A stretch of DNA of 64,000 nt from Negaprion brevirostris (lineage: Eukaryota): NCBI GenBank assembly GCA_030324005.1, contig JARDVH010000132.1, positions 122,498,172 to 122,562,171 of the forward strand. The letters are read 5' to 3'. Position 1 is the stretch's first letter; each line of letters begins with the position of its first letter. The notes beneath the pieces were generated by a model. The model had not been told where the DNA came from, ran no database searches, and was given only the letters and a program-made list of their open reading frames with translations. Of the stretch, positions 51,476-64,000 are shown piece by piece. Both the position numbers and the translations under genes were made by a program.

Positions 51476-51640
51476 CCGCTGTGTTGCATGATTAAGCATC
51501 TCCTGCCATGCTGAATCAAACTGCCGTTCCTCATCTTCCAGCAGCCTCTGTTCAGCCAGAGCAATAGTCTCCTTGGCTGCCCGCAACACCTCAGTGGCTC
51601 TTTGAAAATCCTGAGTAGCTTTCTGGGCCTCCAGCTGTGC
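51476..51640 (-). CDS. SH3BP5: SH3BP5 exon, AQLEAQKATQDFQRATEVLRAAKETIALAEQRLLEDEERQFDSAWQEMLNHATQR
   Basis: ccccaaag acceptor, gtatgt donor; 165 nt; close match to recalled human Sab. Confidence 0.97.
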
Positions 51641-51759
51641 CTTTGGGGAAAGAAAATAAACAGGGCACTTAGAAGAGATAAGAATATGTGAAACCAAAAG
51701 TCCTTGACAAAGTTTAACGCAGGACAATTAACGGGATTCAATTTCCATTCCTTCTATCA

Positions 51760-52110
51760 CTGGTGCACTGTGTATACAATTGATAGGACGTGCTACAGTA
51801 ACTCGAAGACTACTTCGACTGCCCCTCTCAAGTCCATGAGCTCTACGACCAAGCAGGTGAAGAAAAGGAAATACCATCACTGCCAAATTTTAGTCCAAGT
51901 CACACATCATCCTGGCTTGTGCACAAGTCATTTTCCTTCATTGTCATTGGGTTAAAATCTTGGATTTGCCATCGAACCCTGGGGGCACCATCATCACAAG
52001 GATTGCAACAGTTCGTGAAAACGCACTGTCTTCTCAAAGAAACTAGCCAGGAGCAATGAATGTTTACATTCCCAGCAATATTCATATCCCAAGAACAAAT
52101 ACATTCAAAG
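51760..52110 (+). mobile_element. L2-like LINE 3' fragment
   Basis: Reverse complement of the 38485-38830 pattern. Confidence 0.5.
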
Positions 52111-52329
52111 AATGAAACAAGAATGTGATGAGCATGAAACAGAATATGGGAGTGGGATAAAGAGAGCCACCAGGAACCATGACTAAACAATGGTCCATTA
52201 TCATTTTTATGGAAATGAAGACCAAGGTATTAGACAAAGCACTAGCTACATTGTGGGGATTTATTTTTAAATTCCTTTTAAACTTTGTAATGTTTCTCAT
52301 GAAAACAAGGAAATAACTACCAATGATCT

Positions 52330-52680
52330 GACCCAAAGGTCAGGGTTCAAGTCCAACACCCGAGAGTGAAGTACATACTGCTACTCCAGTGCAGTGCCCA
52401 GTCCTTTTGCACTGTCTTTTCGATGGGATATTAAACTGAAGCCCTATCTTCCCTTGAGTGGAATTGGAAGGCCACATTTGAGGAAGAGGGAGGGAATTCC
52501 TAATCAACATTTATTCCTCAGCTAACTTGTAAAACTGCTGTTTGTGGGAGCGTGCCAAGTTATGTTATTTCCTGCATTCAACAGTGACTATACTTCAGAA
52601 GAACTTAATTGGCTACACTCTGGAACGTGGTGTGGTTACAAAAGACAATTATATAAATGTAAGTTTTTCTTTTATCTAGG
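52330..52680 (+). mobile_element. Deu-domain SINE with tRNA-like head
   Basis: gggttcaagtcc B box; ttaaactgaagcccta; acagtgactatacttcag; tataaatgtaagttt. Confidence 0.65.
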
Positions 52681-53454
52681 GCAGTATATTAAGGCACAAA
52701 CTCTGCCTTGAAAATATTCAATGATCCTGCTTTCACCACTCTTTGTAGGAGAGTTACAAAGACACGTGAACTTCCGAGAGAAAAAAAATTCATCTCCATC
52801 TTAAAATGCAGCTTCTCGGAGTGACAATCACCAGCAGATTGCCATTTCATAGCCACTTGCCTTTGCTGGCATTCCAAAGTCTCTGTCTCCCTGGCCTTCC
52901 TGACTCAGGCTTGGTGTGAGACAGGAACAGCGAAGCAGCTCCAGAGCAGGGGGCGGGGTTTACCCCATACAATGTTCACTTTTGGGTCTTTAAAATTGCT
53001 ACTCTGAAGTTGAAAGTGCTTTCTTTTAACTCTTTCAGAGTAATTATGAGCATACAAATTGGTAGTACCATCCAAAGTTAGCAATTGAATTTGACTTATT
53101 GTCACTTACTGGAATACAGTATAAAGTATTATTTCTTGTGTGGATACAGGCAAAACATAACATTTGTAAAGTACATGGGGAGAAGGAAAGGATAGGCTGC
53201 AGAATACAGTGTTACAGGACAGAAGAAGAGAAAGACCAGCTGAATACATGTAGGACCAAACTAATTTGTTTTCGTGGATGGTTTTAAGCCCAGTACAATT
53301 CTCCAGGGGAAGTCAGTACTTCTGAACAATTGCCAAATAAACCCTTACATGGGAAATTCCAAAAAGGGATTCCCTAGTGCATGATTGGGGTACTCCCCAA
53401 ACACAACACTGAGGAGCTAGGAAATAGGTCCCAGGGTCACCTTATTTCTTAGCT

Positions 53455-54520
53455 GTGTCCCTGAGTCCCAGTCTCCCCCACAAAGGGAAATATCCATTCA
53501 GCAACCACCCTGTCAAACCCACTCAGGATCTTATAAGTTTCAATAAGATCACCTGTCAATCTTCTAAACTCCAATGGATACAGGCCAAATCTGTCCAACC
53601 TTTCCTCATAAGGTAACCCCACCCCCTCCATCCCAGCGATCGGTCAAGTGAACTTTCTCTTATCTACTTCTAATGCATTTACATCCTTTCTTAGTAAGGA
53701 GAGAAAAACAGAACAGTACTCCAGATATGAGCTCACCAATGCCCTGTACAGCTGTGGCAAAAAATTCCTAGTTTTATAGTCCATTACCCTTGTGATAAAT
53801 GACAATAGTCCATTTACCTTCCTAAATCTTCCTACCTTGGGTGGCTCAATGGCACAGTGGTTAACATTGCTGCCTCACGGCACCAGGGACTCTGGTTCAG
53901 TTACCAGCTTGGATTACTGTGCAGAGTCTGTACATTCTCCCTTTGTTTGCCTGGGTTTCCTCTGGGTGCTCTGGTTTCTCCCACAGTCTGAAAAACGTGC
54001 TGGTTAGGTACACTGTCCATGCTAAATTCTCCCTCAGCGTACCTGAACAAGCGCTGGACTGTGGTGGCTAGGGAATTTTCATGTAACGTCTTTGCAGTGT
54101 TAATGTGAGCCTATTTGTGACACCAATAAATAAAGTTTAAAACTTTAATTACTTACTGTACCTGCATAGTAACCTTTTGTGATTCATGTAACAGGATATA
54201 CAGATCCTTCTACACCTCAAGAGCTCTGTAATCACTCTCCATTTGATATTCTGCTTTTCTATTCTTCCTGCCAAATTGGAAAATTTCACATTTTCGCCCA
54301 CTCCCTGAATCTATATCCTTTGTAGATTCCTCATGCTCTTTTCACAACTTATTTTCCTACCATTGTATCATCAGTAAATTTGATCCCTTCAACCAAGTCA
54401 TCATTATGAGTAATTGAGGCCCCAGCATTTGATCCCTGTGGCACTTCACTGGTTATATCTCACCAACTGAAAAATCATTCATTTATGTTTACTCCATTTC
54501 CTATTAGCTAACCAATCCTC
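53455..54520 (-). mobile_element. CR1 LINE fragment split by a plus-strand V-SINE with the alternative tail (53840-54140)
   Basis: ORF 53449-53631 YEERLDRFGLYPLEFRRLTGDLIETYKIL is CR1 ORF2; CR1 sequence resumes after the SINE. Confidence 0.8.
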
Positions 54521-55863
54521 CACCTGACCTTCGCTCCCATTTTTTCCTTCGCCTAAGCATATTTTGCTTGATCCCTGAGTCCTCCCTAGTGTTCTAAACA
54601 AAGCGCCAGTGTTGCAATGACCACACTGAATGGTTAAACAATTTAATTGCTGCTGAAGCTCTGCTACCCTCTGTCACAGCAGAGGAATGTTTTCTGAATA
54701 AAAAGATTAGCAACACGTCCCCGCAAGCGCGCGTGAATTATGAGTGGTCAGAATGAACGGATGGACTGATAAAACTCAATTCATTTCACAACAAACTTCT
54801 GGGTCACGTCATATTCCTGTGAATGAACGGGCAAATCACCTCCATTGTTGGTCAGCTGAGCAAACTCTGTCCACAAGGGAACAGTAAATCCTGTAGAAGA
54901 GCCTGAAGCAGCAAGACACATCATTCCAATAAAACTGAGTAGCAAATGCTAATTATGAATTAGTTGTTTGAGCCTGCGATACTTCACATCTCTTCTCATT
55001 TCACCACACATCACACACTGCACTTCAAAAGGTAATACATTGCATAAAGTGGTCTGATGTGATAAGGTGCAACATCAATACAAGAGCTATTGCAGCACTG
55101 AAGGTACAACACAAGAAATGGGTTCAACAGGTCTGTGCTGGCATTCAATCTCCACAAGATCAAACCCATTATGTTTGAGGGAAAAATTGCTCCCGCAAGC
55201 TAAACTTTAAAAACAAAATATACCCAATCCACCCTTAAGAGTAACACAGATAATAGGGGGATGTAAAGAGAAATCTTGTTAGCTTCTGAGAGAATGACAG
55301 TATGAACTACACACAAATGGCACTCCAAGGGTAGGGGATTCCCACGGGTACAAAGACAGACACGTTTTTAATAAATAACCGTTATTTCAGGAGGAATTTC
55401 CCCAGTAAATCAAGCAGAAACACTCAAAAATTAAGAAGGACAGAAGTGGCTTATTCTAAAATAGGCCAGTAACCAAGCAACCACTTCCTGTCTGAAACCT
55501 GGGCTCTCAACCCTAAAGCCACCGATGCTCTACATATGGTTCAAATGTTCCAGCAATATTAAATTCACTCTGCATAAACACATGTATTTAATAAAGGTGC
55601 TGGAAATCATGAGGGTGTTTGATGGAGCAGATAGAGAAAATCTCTTTCAGCTCACAGGTACTGCAGGACCTGCACACACCAATTTAAAACACTAACCAAT
55701 TCTATAGATCTGAAAGATCAAATGCAACAGATCTACAATATAATGAAACTTGCATTAGGGTTCAAAGAGAAACATCCAACAGAGGAGAGAACCAGGTTCT
55801 CATTTAGATAAAATTGTTTCCTTTTGGTTTATTTACAACTGGGTAACTCACCTTCCTTCTCAG

Positions 55864-56649
55864 TGTGGTGATACTGGGCCTTTAAGAAATATATTTGAGT
55901 CTTGCATCTTGTGCAAGATTGTCTGTTCTAACACTGGTGCTGCTCGCACTATAACTGACATCGTGTATTGTTACTGCAGCAGCATAATTGCTGCAATGCT
56001 TGTTTTAATCTAGACTAATGCTGTACTGTTGTTCTTAGTGTTCCTCTGGGGTTTTGCAGAGTAGGACTTGATTATGATGATAACTGACATAGAACAAATC
56101 ATGTTTGTTGATTGGGTAGAGCTAGGCTTATACAGAGAACTCAAGCTCAGATGCTGGTTGGAGTTGTTAGACAGCAGTGCCTCATTTTCCTCTCAGTTGG
56201 AGACTGAAATCTGTCAGAAAATAAGTCCCTTGCTCTGAGAGTCTGCTCTGTGAGAGTCAGAAGACAGGTGTTTGTTTGGATCACTTTCCAGAAATGTAAA
56301 AAGGCTGGAAATCTAGCATCCAAATAAGCACATCTGCTTTGGTGCTAGCTGGTTCTGAGGAACAGATTTATGTCTGTGGGGGATACTGCTAATTTGGAAA
56401 CAGAGATTGATAGCTATTAAGGATTATACTTTGTCATGTTTAGCTATTTTAATTGGTAAAAGTTATGCTTATTTTGTTATATTCTAATCATGTTCCTAAG
56501 TAAATTTTGTTTTGATAAAAGCTTCCTAGTGGGTCAACTGAATCATATCTGGAGCAAAACACTATGTTCTAATGCCAAAATCCAAAAGAAAAGTTGGGCT
56601 CTAGGCTAACTTCATACCCTTGGGCTTTCTGATCTGGTGCCTATCAACA
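55864..56649. mobile_element. Possible solo LTR
   Basis: TG...CA ends with imperfect inverted termini (tggtgata / tatcaaca); no clear target-site duplication. Confidence 0.3.
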
Positions 56650-56887
56650 TTATTTTTAGTTTATCATTATTTTTTAGTTTGTTTGCTTCATTTTATCATT
56701 CCTCCTCTCCCCATTCTGTTTCTCCAGCCAGATGTCCAGGCTGCCTGAAGATGATCCTCAACAATTTCTTTCCGTCGCTTCTTGGAATTAGTCCCATGCA
56801 GCAGATTAGAGCGCCGAGACTCATTGGTTCACATATATTACCATGCTGCAATGGCTGCTGATTGAAGGGGTAGGGTAGACGCACGCG

Positions 56888-57882
56888 GGGTAATTTTAAC
56901 TACAAAAAAACAAATTGTTGGGTCGGAGTCAGGTGGGACTAAAATTTTAAAATGGAGCCCAAAGGCTCACTCCACCCACTTCCAGTTTTAACAAGGTGGG
57001 AATTTGGGTGGGGGAAACCAACCCACAGGCAGGAGATGGGTTGATCACTTTAATACCATATCGAGGCTGCATGCTTCGTACGTAGCCTGTCTTCCAGGTT
57101 TAACCCTTGCCTGCTGAGCAACTGAAGGAGGACAGCTTCCTGGAAAAGAGAAATGGCCTTATGGCACTGCTTCTGAGCCGAGAGGAGCAGGAGCGCTTTC
57201 TCCCAGTTCATCAAGCTTACATTGGAGAGAAATCAGATTTGACCAATCCACCCCAGCCTGCTCATAAAAAGCAACCTCATGGATAAGAAGCCATAGGCTT
57301 GCTATTAGATTCACACTCAGCTGGCAGTCTGAGACCATTAACTCTAGAATCAATTGCAGTCTGAGGAGGATTTGGCTCATACCNNNNNNNNNNNNNNNNN
57401 NNNNNNNNNNNNNNNNNNNNNNNNNNNNNNNNNNNTTTGGAGTGTGGGCCATTAAATTTACTTTTAATTTTGTGTTACTAATAAGTTCACAGGGCAAGTA
57501 CCTCCAACCACCTCTCTGAGCAAGTTTCGTAAACCTGTGTCAAAAGACAACAAAAAAAAGGAAATTTGAACATGCTTTAGCAGGTGAGGGGAATGTAGGA
57601 CAGGCGCCAAACCCATACATCCTCCAAGACCTTGACAAAGTGAGGCCCACACAACTTTAAGATTTTTAATACCTGGGTCTCAGCTGCCTAGGCAAGAAGA
57701 GGCAGTTGGTCAGTCAGCAATGGAACAGAGGTTCATTAGCACCAAATTGATGCTCGCCAGCAAACAAAAAGTAGGATTGGGTTTGATGGAAGTAGGTGGA
57801 ATGCGTTTTAGAGGAAGTACGAGCAGAGGAGGCCTCAACTATCCTTTATCATCTGCCCACAGGAACGGGTTTAAAATTACTA
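56888..57882. mobile_element. Possible non-autonomous DNA transposon
   Basis: gggtaattttaac at left, gtttaaaattact at right; interrupted by a gap. Confidence 0.35.
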
Positions 57883-59077
57883 GATGGTAGGATTTAGGCA
57901 GGATATCAATGGGTAGGTAACAAATTAGAGCAGGAACGCACCATACACCCCCTTGAGCCTTCTCTGCCATTCAATACAATCATGATTGATCTGCTGCCTC
58001 AACTCCACAGAAGATCCCACCACTGCCAATGGCGGGCTGCCTCTGTCTCAGTGAAACACATTGCAGAAAATCCCACCTTATGTTGCTGACCATTCAGCCC
58101 CTGCAAAACAGCCAAATGTCTCATTTCACATTTGCTAAGTACCATTCTTTTGTACAGCACTCTGTACTGCCATAATCTCATACACAGATCAAAATTGGGA
58201 CTTTACACTGAAGAGAAGCATCTATTCAGGGGAAATGTTCTAAACTGCACATCCATACAGCAACTAGAAAGTCCCCGTGCAAACAGCATACAAATTATGT
58301 CATTTCATTTGCTCCGTGTGTCCACATGCAGCCAAGCAAACAAAATGTAAAAGCGGTCCAAAAGATTCAGGAGCAGGTTGCTTAGGGCTGATCTGATCAA
58401 GCTTACAAGACAATGAAGGAAAGGGATTATATCTAAATGGATAGTTCTTCTAATTAAACAGGTTAGGAACAGGTCAATTTTAAGCTGTGTAATGCCAGAT
58501 CTAGGTTCGCTGTCAGGAAGTGACCCATTGTGTGCTGGAGCAGATGAGTGAAGGAGCAGAGAGACAGATAAGAAATTACCTGTTAAAAACCTGCTTAAAT
58601 ANNNNNNNNNNNNNNNNNNNNNNNNNNNNNNNNNNNNNNNNNNNNNNNNNNNNNNNNNNNNNNNNNNNNNNNNNNNNNNNNNNNNNNNNNNNNNNNNNNN
58701 NTGATTCTTTTCATCACCTTGCTTCCTTGTGGTCACCTCTTGGATCTGATGCAAAGCGTCATTTTGGAGACAATGAGCCTCTGATCTATCCAGCAGTCAG
58801 CACCACACATGGCCTCAGTCACTGACACCCTGTCCGTCTTTTCTCCTGCCAATGACATAGTCAATAAGATGCGGGGGTGCATCCAGGAGGTCTCATTACG
58901 GGTAGGCAGATGAAAGGCTGTGTTGGTGACGAGGAAGTCGTGTGCTGCAGGTCCTCATTAAGAGTAGGCCGATACTGTTACACTTGCCCACGCCATGCCT
59001 CCCAATGACTCCCTGCCAAATTGCAGAGTCACACCCGACTCTTGCATTGAAATTGCCAAGCAAGATCAGCTAGATCA

Positions 59078-59388
59078 GATAGAATCCTATAGTGCAGAAG
59101 GAGGCCACTCAGCCCATCAGGTCTGCACCCAACACAATCCCACCCAGGCCCTATTCCTGCAACCACTCATATTTACCCTGATAATCCTCTGACACTAAGG
59201 GCAATTAAGCATGGCCAATCCACCTAACCTGCACATCTTTGGACTATGGAAGGAAACTGGAGCACCTGGAGGAAACCCACAGAGATACAGGGGGAATGTA
59301 CAAACTCCATACAGACAGTGACCCAAGCCAGGAATCGAACCCAGGTCCCTGTCACTGACAGGCAGCAGTGCTAATCACTGTGCCACCC
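59078..59388 (-). mobile_element. HE1-like V-SINE, full length
   Basis: tagaatcctatagtgcagaaggaggcc...ggaatcgaacccaggtccctg...cactgtgccaccc. Confidence 0.9.
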
Positions 59389-60400
59389 TCTTCAAGTAAA
59401 ACATGTATATTTATACATGTAAAATACTAGCTGCTCTTCCATGGCATATTGAAAACATGGATCAAGACTAACAATGAAATTTTAAAAAACGTCATTTTTA
59501 AAGAACTTTTCTTGATGTTAGGACATTCTAAAGCATTTTTCAATCAATGGAATGAGTGAAAGTTTTAATAAGCTGGGGGTCATATGCAATTTGTAGGGTC
59601 CCAGCATAACTGAACATCAAAGGAGAGGATTTTTACAGCCTTGCTCGAGTGAGACTGGAAATTCTTGCGCGAGATCAACGGACATTTCTGTTATCTGTCC
59701 CTCACCAGCTCCGATTCTGTGGCAGGCTGGGTGGTAGAATTCCACCACAAGTGTCTGAACCAGCGGATTTTGAACAGAATGATGCAGGAAACTTGGGGAA
59801 AAAACAAAAATCAACAAAAACCCACTGTACTGATTTTTTGAGAGGTCAGGTGAAGGATGAGTGCTCGTAACAATGCAAATGGTTCAGGACTCTTGCTCAC
59901 GCAGTTTGGCAGGGGTAGCTCCATACAAAAACTAAAGGATGCATAGAGTGCTTCTACCAAATTAAGAACTTTTCAGTTGCTGTCACTGTTGTAATGTAGG
60001 AACCACGGCAGCGAATCTATGCACAGCAAGATCTTACAAACAGGAAAATGATAATGACTGGATAATTGGTTTTGTGACATTAGTTGAAGGGTAACTCTTG
60101 GTCAGGACACAAAGGAAAACTCCACTGTTCTTCTTCAGTAACCTTTGGATTAAACATTCTGAAGTGAGATGTTATATCAAACTAGCAAAGAGATTGGGGT
60201 GGGGTGGAAATGGAACTGACTGCACTGCTTTACAGAGAGTCAGCATGCACTAGAAGGGTCAAATTGCCTACTTTGGTCTCATAACGGCTCCCATGTCATG
60301 CTGACATTGCAAATTTATTGTTTCTTCTTACTATCCAAGCATATCTCCGAAGAAACATCCTTATTGAATGGGGAGAATAATATAAAGTTCATCTCCTTAC

Positions 60401-60529
60401 CAGTCGTGTAACTCGCCTGGCTTCCCAATAAGGCTTGGAATCATCTACAGCTTTTCCCACCTTCTTACCGGCTTCATCGAGTTTAACAGTAGCTTCGACT
60501 AAAACAGTTCGAAATTTCTGCCGAGCTTC
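60401..60529 (-). CDS. SH3BP5: SH3BP5 exon, EARQKFRTVLVEATVKLDEAGKKVGKAVDDSKPYWEARRVTRL
   Basis: ttacag acceptor, gtaagg donor; 129 nt; upstream exons lie outside the window. Confidence 0.96.
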
Positions 60530-61319
60530 CTGTAAGGTAAGCAACAGATCTGGTCACACACAAAAAAAAAGACAGCAGCAGTAAACTATTTTAATACTTA
60601 AAAAAGAGGGGTGCAAGTTTCAGTCCACAGTAAACAATGAACATTAACACAAGACAACGGTAGGGCACATGAATCCCTACTTCAATTTACGCCAGGAGTA
60701 CAGCTCCCTCTTCCATTTACAGTGGAAGCATTGGTGTTAATGCTACTTCTCCACTATATGCAGGGAAATAGAAAGGTAATTGTTACCAATCAGGTAATGT
60801 TTTCCTTGTAACTGCCTCACCTACTCATTAGCAAGTGCATCCAGAATTTCATCAGTAAAGTAACTTATTTTTGACAATACAGAAGAATCTTACTTTACCC
60901 AAAAGCAGCAGAACCCATTAAAATCAGGAAGAACTTAATGAGGCAAGAACTTATGGAACTGCTCAAAGGCTCAACTGACAATATAATGCATTAAGTGTGG
61001 CACCTTTGTTACTGACTATGGTGCTGGCAAGTTGTAATTTGCTGATATATGTGGCTGTCTGTAATAAGTGAAGACAAATATAAATGGTGAATTCACTATA
61101 ATTCATCCTGACATCTCTCTCTAAAATTATAACTATGGTGGATGAGAGCAACTGTCCCACTTATTAACACATTGGATCTTATCCATCTCTTACTACAGAT
61201 CATTAACTTTAGGAAGAAACTCACAACTATCAAAATTCATGTCATGTTGGGCAGTCAAAGCACAGAATTCACGCCACACATCATTCAGGGAAAGGTGGAA
61301 GGAGGGATACAAAATTAAA

Positions 61320-62345
61320 AGGAATGAAAAGACTTGCATTTTCATAGAACTATTCATGATCCAAGTATGGTCCAATTAAGTACTGTTTTTAAACACTCAT
61401 TCATGGGATGTGGGCATCACTGGCTAGGTCAGCATTTATTCTTCATCCCTAGCTAACCTTGAGAAAGTGGTGGTGAGCTATCTTTTTTAACAATGCAGTC
61501 CATGTGGCGTTGGCAGACTTACAATTATTCTTCTCACCTACACAACTGTTAGGGAGGGAGTTCCAGGATTTTGACCCAGTAGCAGTGAAGGATTGGCAAT
61601 ATAATTCCAAAATCAGGATGGTGATGAACTTGGAAGGGAACTTGCAAGTGATAGTGTTCCCATGTATCTGCTACCCTTGTCCCTCTAGATGAATTGGAAG
61701 GTGCTGTCAGTGCTGTGTATGTGGTACAGGCTGCTGGTACTGTATACCAGTGGTGGAGGAAGTGAATGTTTAAAAGGTGGTGGATATATTGCCAAAGTGG
61801 GCTGCTTTATTCTGGATGGTGTTGTGTTCCTCAAGTCCTTTTTTTGGAGTTGCACTCATCCAAGCAAGTAGACAGTATCCCATTGCACTCCTGACTTGTG
61901 CACCATCTACAAGGCACATGCTTTGGGGAGTCAGGAGGTGAATTACTCTCCAGGGAATTTCCAGGCTCTGGCTTCTTTTAACCATTGTAATGTTGAATAC
62001 ACACCATAACAAAAGTCCACAAAGAATGGAGGACATATTGACTGGATAGGCTGTTTCTTTTGTGATGTTGGTTGAGCAATAAATATTGGCCTGAACACTG
62101 GGGAAAGCTCCTCTACTTCAAAATAGGGCCAAAGGACTCCTTTTTTTAAAAATCCAGCTTGAGATAACAAACTGGATCCCAGCTTAACATCACATCCAAA
62201 AGACGGTGTCTCTTAAAGTGCAGCAGCATTCCCTTAGTACTGCATTGACTTGTCAGTCTGGATGAGCAGCTCAGGTCTCTGGAATGGGCATTAAATACAT
62301 AACCTTCTGATTCAGAGATAAGAATGCTACCAACTGACAATGCTA
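61320..62345 (-). mobile_element. Deu-domain SINE split by an L2-like fragment (about 61390-61985)
   Basis: SINE tail aaagacttgcattt at ~61328; body resumes with ataaatattggcc and aaaagacggtgtctc. Confidence 0.6.
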
Positions 62346-62593
62346 CAGGCTGACAATTAAAGAGCACAGAAATAGAAGAGAATGGAAAGGGAGAGAGATT
62401 AGAACAGCAAACAGGGAAAACCTGCANNNNNNNNNNNNNNNNNNNNNNNNNNNNNNNNNNNNNNNNNNNNNNNNNNNNNNNNNNNNNNNNNNNNNNNNNN
62501 NNNNNNNNNNNNNNNNNNNNNNNNNNACCTGCAACACAGCAACAGGTAGCTGAAGTGCTTTCCAAATTCCTGTCAACAACCCACTAATGTTTA

Positions 62594-62832
62594 TGGCTGT
62601 TCGTTTAGCTCAGTTGGCTGGACAGCTGGTTAGTGATGCGGAGCAACACCAACAGCACGGGTTTGATTCTTGTTCTGGCTGAAGTTATTCATGAAGGCAC
62701 TGCCTTTTAAACCTTGCTTCCCACCTGAAAGTGTGGTGATCCTCAGGTTAAATCACCATTAGTCAGCTCTCCTCCTCAAAAAAAAGGGGGTCAGCCTATG
62801 GTCATCTGGGACTATAACAACTTCACATTTAC
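62594..62832 (+). mobile_element. tRNA-derived SINE of a third family
   Basis: A box tagctcagttgg, B-box-like gggtttgattc; body unlike the V and Deu domains; tail ctatggtcatctgggactataacaacttcac. Confidence 0.7.
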
Positions 62833-63542
62833 CAGCCTTAGTTCAAAGATTTCAGTGAGAACTGAGTCATATTCATTGCTGAGTGAAGAGTGTTCAACTG
62901 AGAACAATCCTGTAACAAGGACAACGATGTCCATTGACAAATGATTCCATTTGCAGTTATTTGCAAAGCTCCCAGCTGTGAAGTAATTAATCAATGAACA
63001 GCACTGTTATCATGCATTTAACTCCCAAAGGTCCTCAATGCCAAGTGGAGCCAGCTGAATGACAACCAAAAACTATACACAATGCCTCCGTATTTACATC
63101 TCAATAGAATAAGTTTCCTCAGAACAAAACTAAGATTCAAATGATTAAATTAGTCATGTTCTTGTTAAAGTAGCACTCAAAAATAAACTGAAAGCAGACC
63201 CCATAAGGCAATCTGAACAGGTGACTGACTCACTGAAACAAATTACATTTTATTACAAGACATTTATTGGTATTATAAGGGTCACACTCTGCCAGTTCTT
63301 CAAGAAGGGCCAGTAGTGCACAATGCCTGATTCAACCTAACCCAATTATTATAGAATTTGAAAATTGCTTTGTCATTTGTACTTAGCAATAATAGAGATA
63401 TTTCAATGAAAACCACAAATCATACCACTCAATTTCAGTGGACGACTGTTTAATCTACAGATCAAGCATCCCAGCAAAATAATGGAAGTAGTTGCGTTGA
63501 TTCATTCAAATGCAATTTTGATAGATTTTGTTCAGAAAATTT

Positions 63543-63875
63543 GGCAGCACGGTGGCACAGTGGTAGTACTGCTGCCTCACAGCGCCAGGGACCCAGGTTC
63601 AATTCCAGTTTCGGGTTACTGTCCGTGTGAAGTTTGCACATTCTCCCCATGTCTGTGTGGGTTTCCTCCAGGTGCTCGGGTTTCCTTGCACAAGTCCAAA
63701 AGGTGTGTGTGGGTTAAGTTGATTGGCCATGCTAAGTTGATCTTAGTGCCAGGAGGATTAGCAGGGTAAATATGTGTGGTTACGGGAATATGGCTGGGTG
63801 GGATGTGGTCGGTACAGACTTGATGGGCTGTATGGCCTCCTTCTGTACTGTAGTAATTCTGTGACTTCATGCTTC
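63543..63875 (+). mobile_element. HE1-like V-SINE, full length
   Basis: ggcagcacggtggcacagtgg...ggttcaattcc...ggcctccttctgtactgtag. Confidence 0.9.
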
Positions 63876-64000
63876 TNNNNNNNNNNTGTTCTTCGGTCAG
63901 TTGGTACGTGACATCAAGTCAAGGAAGGAGAGATTTAGGGAGGAATTCTGGAGCTTAGGGGCCAGGCAGCTGAAAGCATGGTCACCAAGGGTGCAACAAT

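Noticed and set aside
63543-63620. tRNA-like A/B boxes here and at 6912, 17966, 48838, 53840 and 62594
   Set aside because: SINE heads that continue into SINE bodies; no complete cloverleaf, so not tRNA genes.

Overview
Vertebrate genomic DNA from a draft assembly with many N gaps. It is most likely a shark or other cartilaginous fish, inferred from the HE1-type V-SINEs, Deu-domain SINEs and CR1 LINEs. Two multi-exon genes lie tail to tail. On the + strand are the last 11 coding exons of calpain-7 (CAPN7; 61-21550), one partly lost in a gap. On the - strand are the last 7 coding exons of SH3BP5/Sab (60529-25358), whose first exons lie beyond the window end. All visible junctions are GT-AG and in phase. 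Introns are full of decayed retroposons (CR1, L2-like, Rex1/Babar, RTE, several SINEs), MITEs and a possible solo LTR. Nearly all ORFs in the six-frame track are spurious. The most interesting observations are: (1) a minimal type I hammerhead ribozyme with a compensatory U3-A8 core, inside an inverted Penelope-like repeat at about 45.4 kb; (2) a CpG-rich promoter-like patch and a candidate extra exon in the 17-kb SH3BP5 intron that would splice in frame to the JNK-docking exon; (3) a short bipartite retroposon carrying a Rex1/Babar tail; (4) an RTE-derived cryptic acceptor just before the last CAPN7 exon. Repeat-family names and human comparisons come from recalled knowledge, not database searches. 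Repeat boundaries are approximate.
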